A stretch of 63,344 nucleotides of DNA, filler included, from Octopus bimaculoides (taxonomy: Eukaryota), in the NCBI RefSeq assembly GCF_001194135.2. It is 6 parts of 6 records of this genome, joined end to end, with 100 filler letters (N's around TTAATTAATTAA, not from the genome) between each part and the next. Parts side by side here need not be neighbours in the genome. Positions count along the whole stretch, not along the records: positions 51,850 to 62,179 come from NW_026355703.1; positions 62,280 to 63,344 come from NC_068985.1; 4 more parts are not named here. One strand, 5' to 3'. Made by a program: the position numbers and the translations under genes. The notes beneath the pieces are model-generated. The model saw only the letters and a program-made list of their open reading frames with translations. It ran no database searches and had not been told where the DNA came from. Positions within the stretch are counted from its first letter, which is position 1, and each line of letters starts with the position of its first letter. Below, piece after piece: positions 62,088-63,344 of the stretch.

Positions 62088-62279
62088 GTGTTTCAGTCTC
62101 TATTTGCGTATGTGGTTGTCTGTTCATGTACCCTATGTACCTACCCGTCTGTATGTAGACCTGTTTGTTTACATATACANNNNNNNNNNNNNNNNNNNNN
62201 NNNNNNNNNNNNNNNNNNNNNNNTTAATTAATTAANNNNNNNNNNNNNNNNNNNNNNNNNNNNNNNNNNNNNNNNNNNN

Positions 62280-62425
62280 TGTTGCTCCAGTCCACTCAGC
62301 TGGCAAAAATGAGTCACGCTGCGATGGACTGGCGTCCCGTCCAGGTGGGGAATACATACGCCATTGAAACCGGGAAACCGGGCTCATGAGCCTGGCTAGG
62401 CTTTAAAAAGGGCGCGTTTATTATT
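62280..62425 (+). mobile_element. SINE family B, 3' half
   Basis: GTTGCTCCAGTCCACTCAGCTGGCAAAAATGAGT..GATGGACTGGCGTCCCGTCCAGG..GAAACCGGG, (ATT)n tail. Confidence 0.85.
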
Positions 62426-62490
62426 ATTTCACACACACACACACACACTGACCCCCCCCCACACACAAAAACACACACACACAAATATAT

Positions 62491-62860
62491 CGTTGTGGCA
62501 CTCCGTCGGTTACAACGACGAGGGTTCCAGTTGATCCAATCAACGGAACAGTCTGCTAGTGGCTGAGCACTCCACAGACATGTTTACCACTCTTAACGTA
62601 GTTCTAGGGGTAAATTCAACGTGACACAGAGTGTGACAAAGCTGGCCCTTTGAAATACAGGTACAAGAGAAACAGGAAGAAAGAGTGAGAGAAAGTTGTG
62701 GTGAAAGAGTACAGCAGGGTTCGCTACCACCCCCTGCTGGAGCCGCGTGGAGCTTTAGGTGTTGTTCCTCAATAAACACTCACAATGCCCGGTCTGGGAA
62801 TCGAAACCGCGATCCTACGACCGCGAATCCGCTGCCCTAACCACTGGGCCATTGCGCCTC
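62491..62860 (-). mobile_element. SINE family B2, full length, with 14-bp TSD
   Basis: Minus strand GAGGCGCAATGGCCCAGTGGTTAGGGCAGCGG..GGTTTCGATTCCC tRNA-like head; ACACACAAATATAT at 62477-62490 and 62861-62874. Confidence 0.9.
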
Positions 62861-62959
62861 ACACACAAATATATACATATACATGTATACACTGATATGT
62901 ATGTATGTATGTATGTATGTATGCGAATGTTCTCGGATCGTTGTTCCCCGAAAATCCTG

Positions 62960-63016
62960 AAAATATTTCTCGCGGCACTCCAGGAATCTCTTGCGCCACC
63001 GCGTTTGGCAGACACT
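62960..63016. mobile_element. Possible hAT-type MITE terminus
   Basis: TCTCGCGGCAC..GCGCCACCGCGTTTGGCAGACACTA resembles hAT non-autonomous ends; no partner end found. Confidence 0.25.
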
Positions 63017-63344
63017 AACGTAAGAGAATCCTTCTAGTCATTATTTTATAAGTGAAATTTATAAGCGCTTTCATATCAGTTTATCAAACAAGGGAAAGTA
63101 TCTTGAATATAGAAATCTTGAATTATTGCCCTTACACTGTCTCGATCAAAAGTTAATTTTCATTTCTCATATTTCAAAAGAAAAATGTTTTTATTTTAAT
63201 CGATAAAATACTTTGGATAATTTTCAGAATATAATCCGTTTACAGTTAAATTACCCAACATGTCTCTCTGTTTTATTATAATTCAATAACCAAACATGTC
63301 TCTTTGTTTTCTTTTCGTTGATATTTCGTTGCTGTTGCTCGTCT

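Overview
Repeat-saturated, AT-rich eukaryotic intergenic/intronic DNA, most likely from an octopus or other coleoid cephalopod. This is inferred from the tRNA-derived SINE families and the extreme microsatellite density; I cannot verify it here. No intact host gene can be supported. Almost all ORFs in the supplied track are microsatellite, N-gap or decayed-transposon artefacts. Recognisable content: four fragments of R4/Dong-like RLE LINEs plus a fifth in a (CATA)n tract; RTE, CR1, L1/Tx1 and possibly I-group LINE relics; two Penelope-like (PLE) GIY-YIG relics; a near full-length Tc1 and a second partial copy; mariner, maT-like and Tigger/pogo relics; Helitron and Helentron-like pieces; over 25 SINE copies in three families; several MITE-like palindromes. 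Five 100-bp scaffold linkers (44N+TTAATTAATTAA+44N) mean long-range adjacency is not secure. The most interesting signal is a 723-bp foldback (52729-53451) with an apparently intact minimal hammerhead ribozyme in each arm, one per strand. A second, sequence-unrelated ~850-bp foldback (36503-37352) has a hammerhead in the same outward geometry, and three more hammerhead relics are present. Together these suggest a class of non-autonomous, PLE-derived palindromic ribozyme elements. A CpG-depleted domain (~53.5-60.6 kb) begins right at the edge of the intact foldback. All alignments and counts were done by eye and are approximate.
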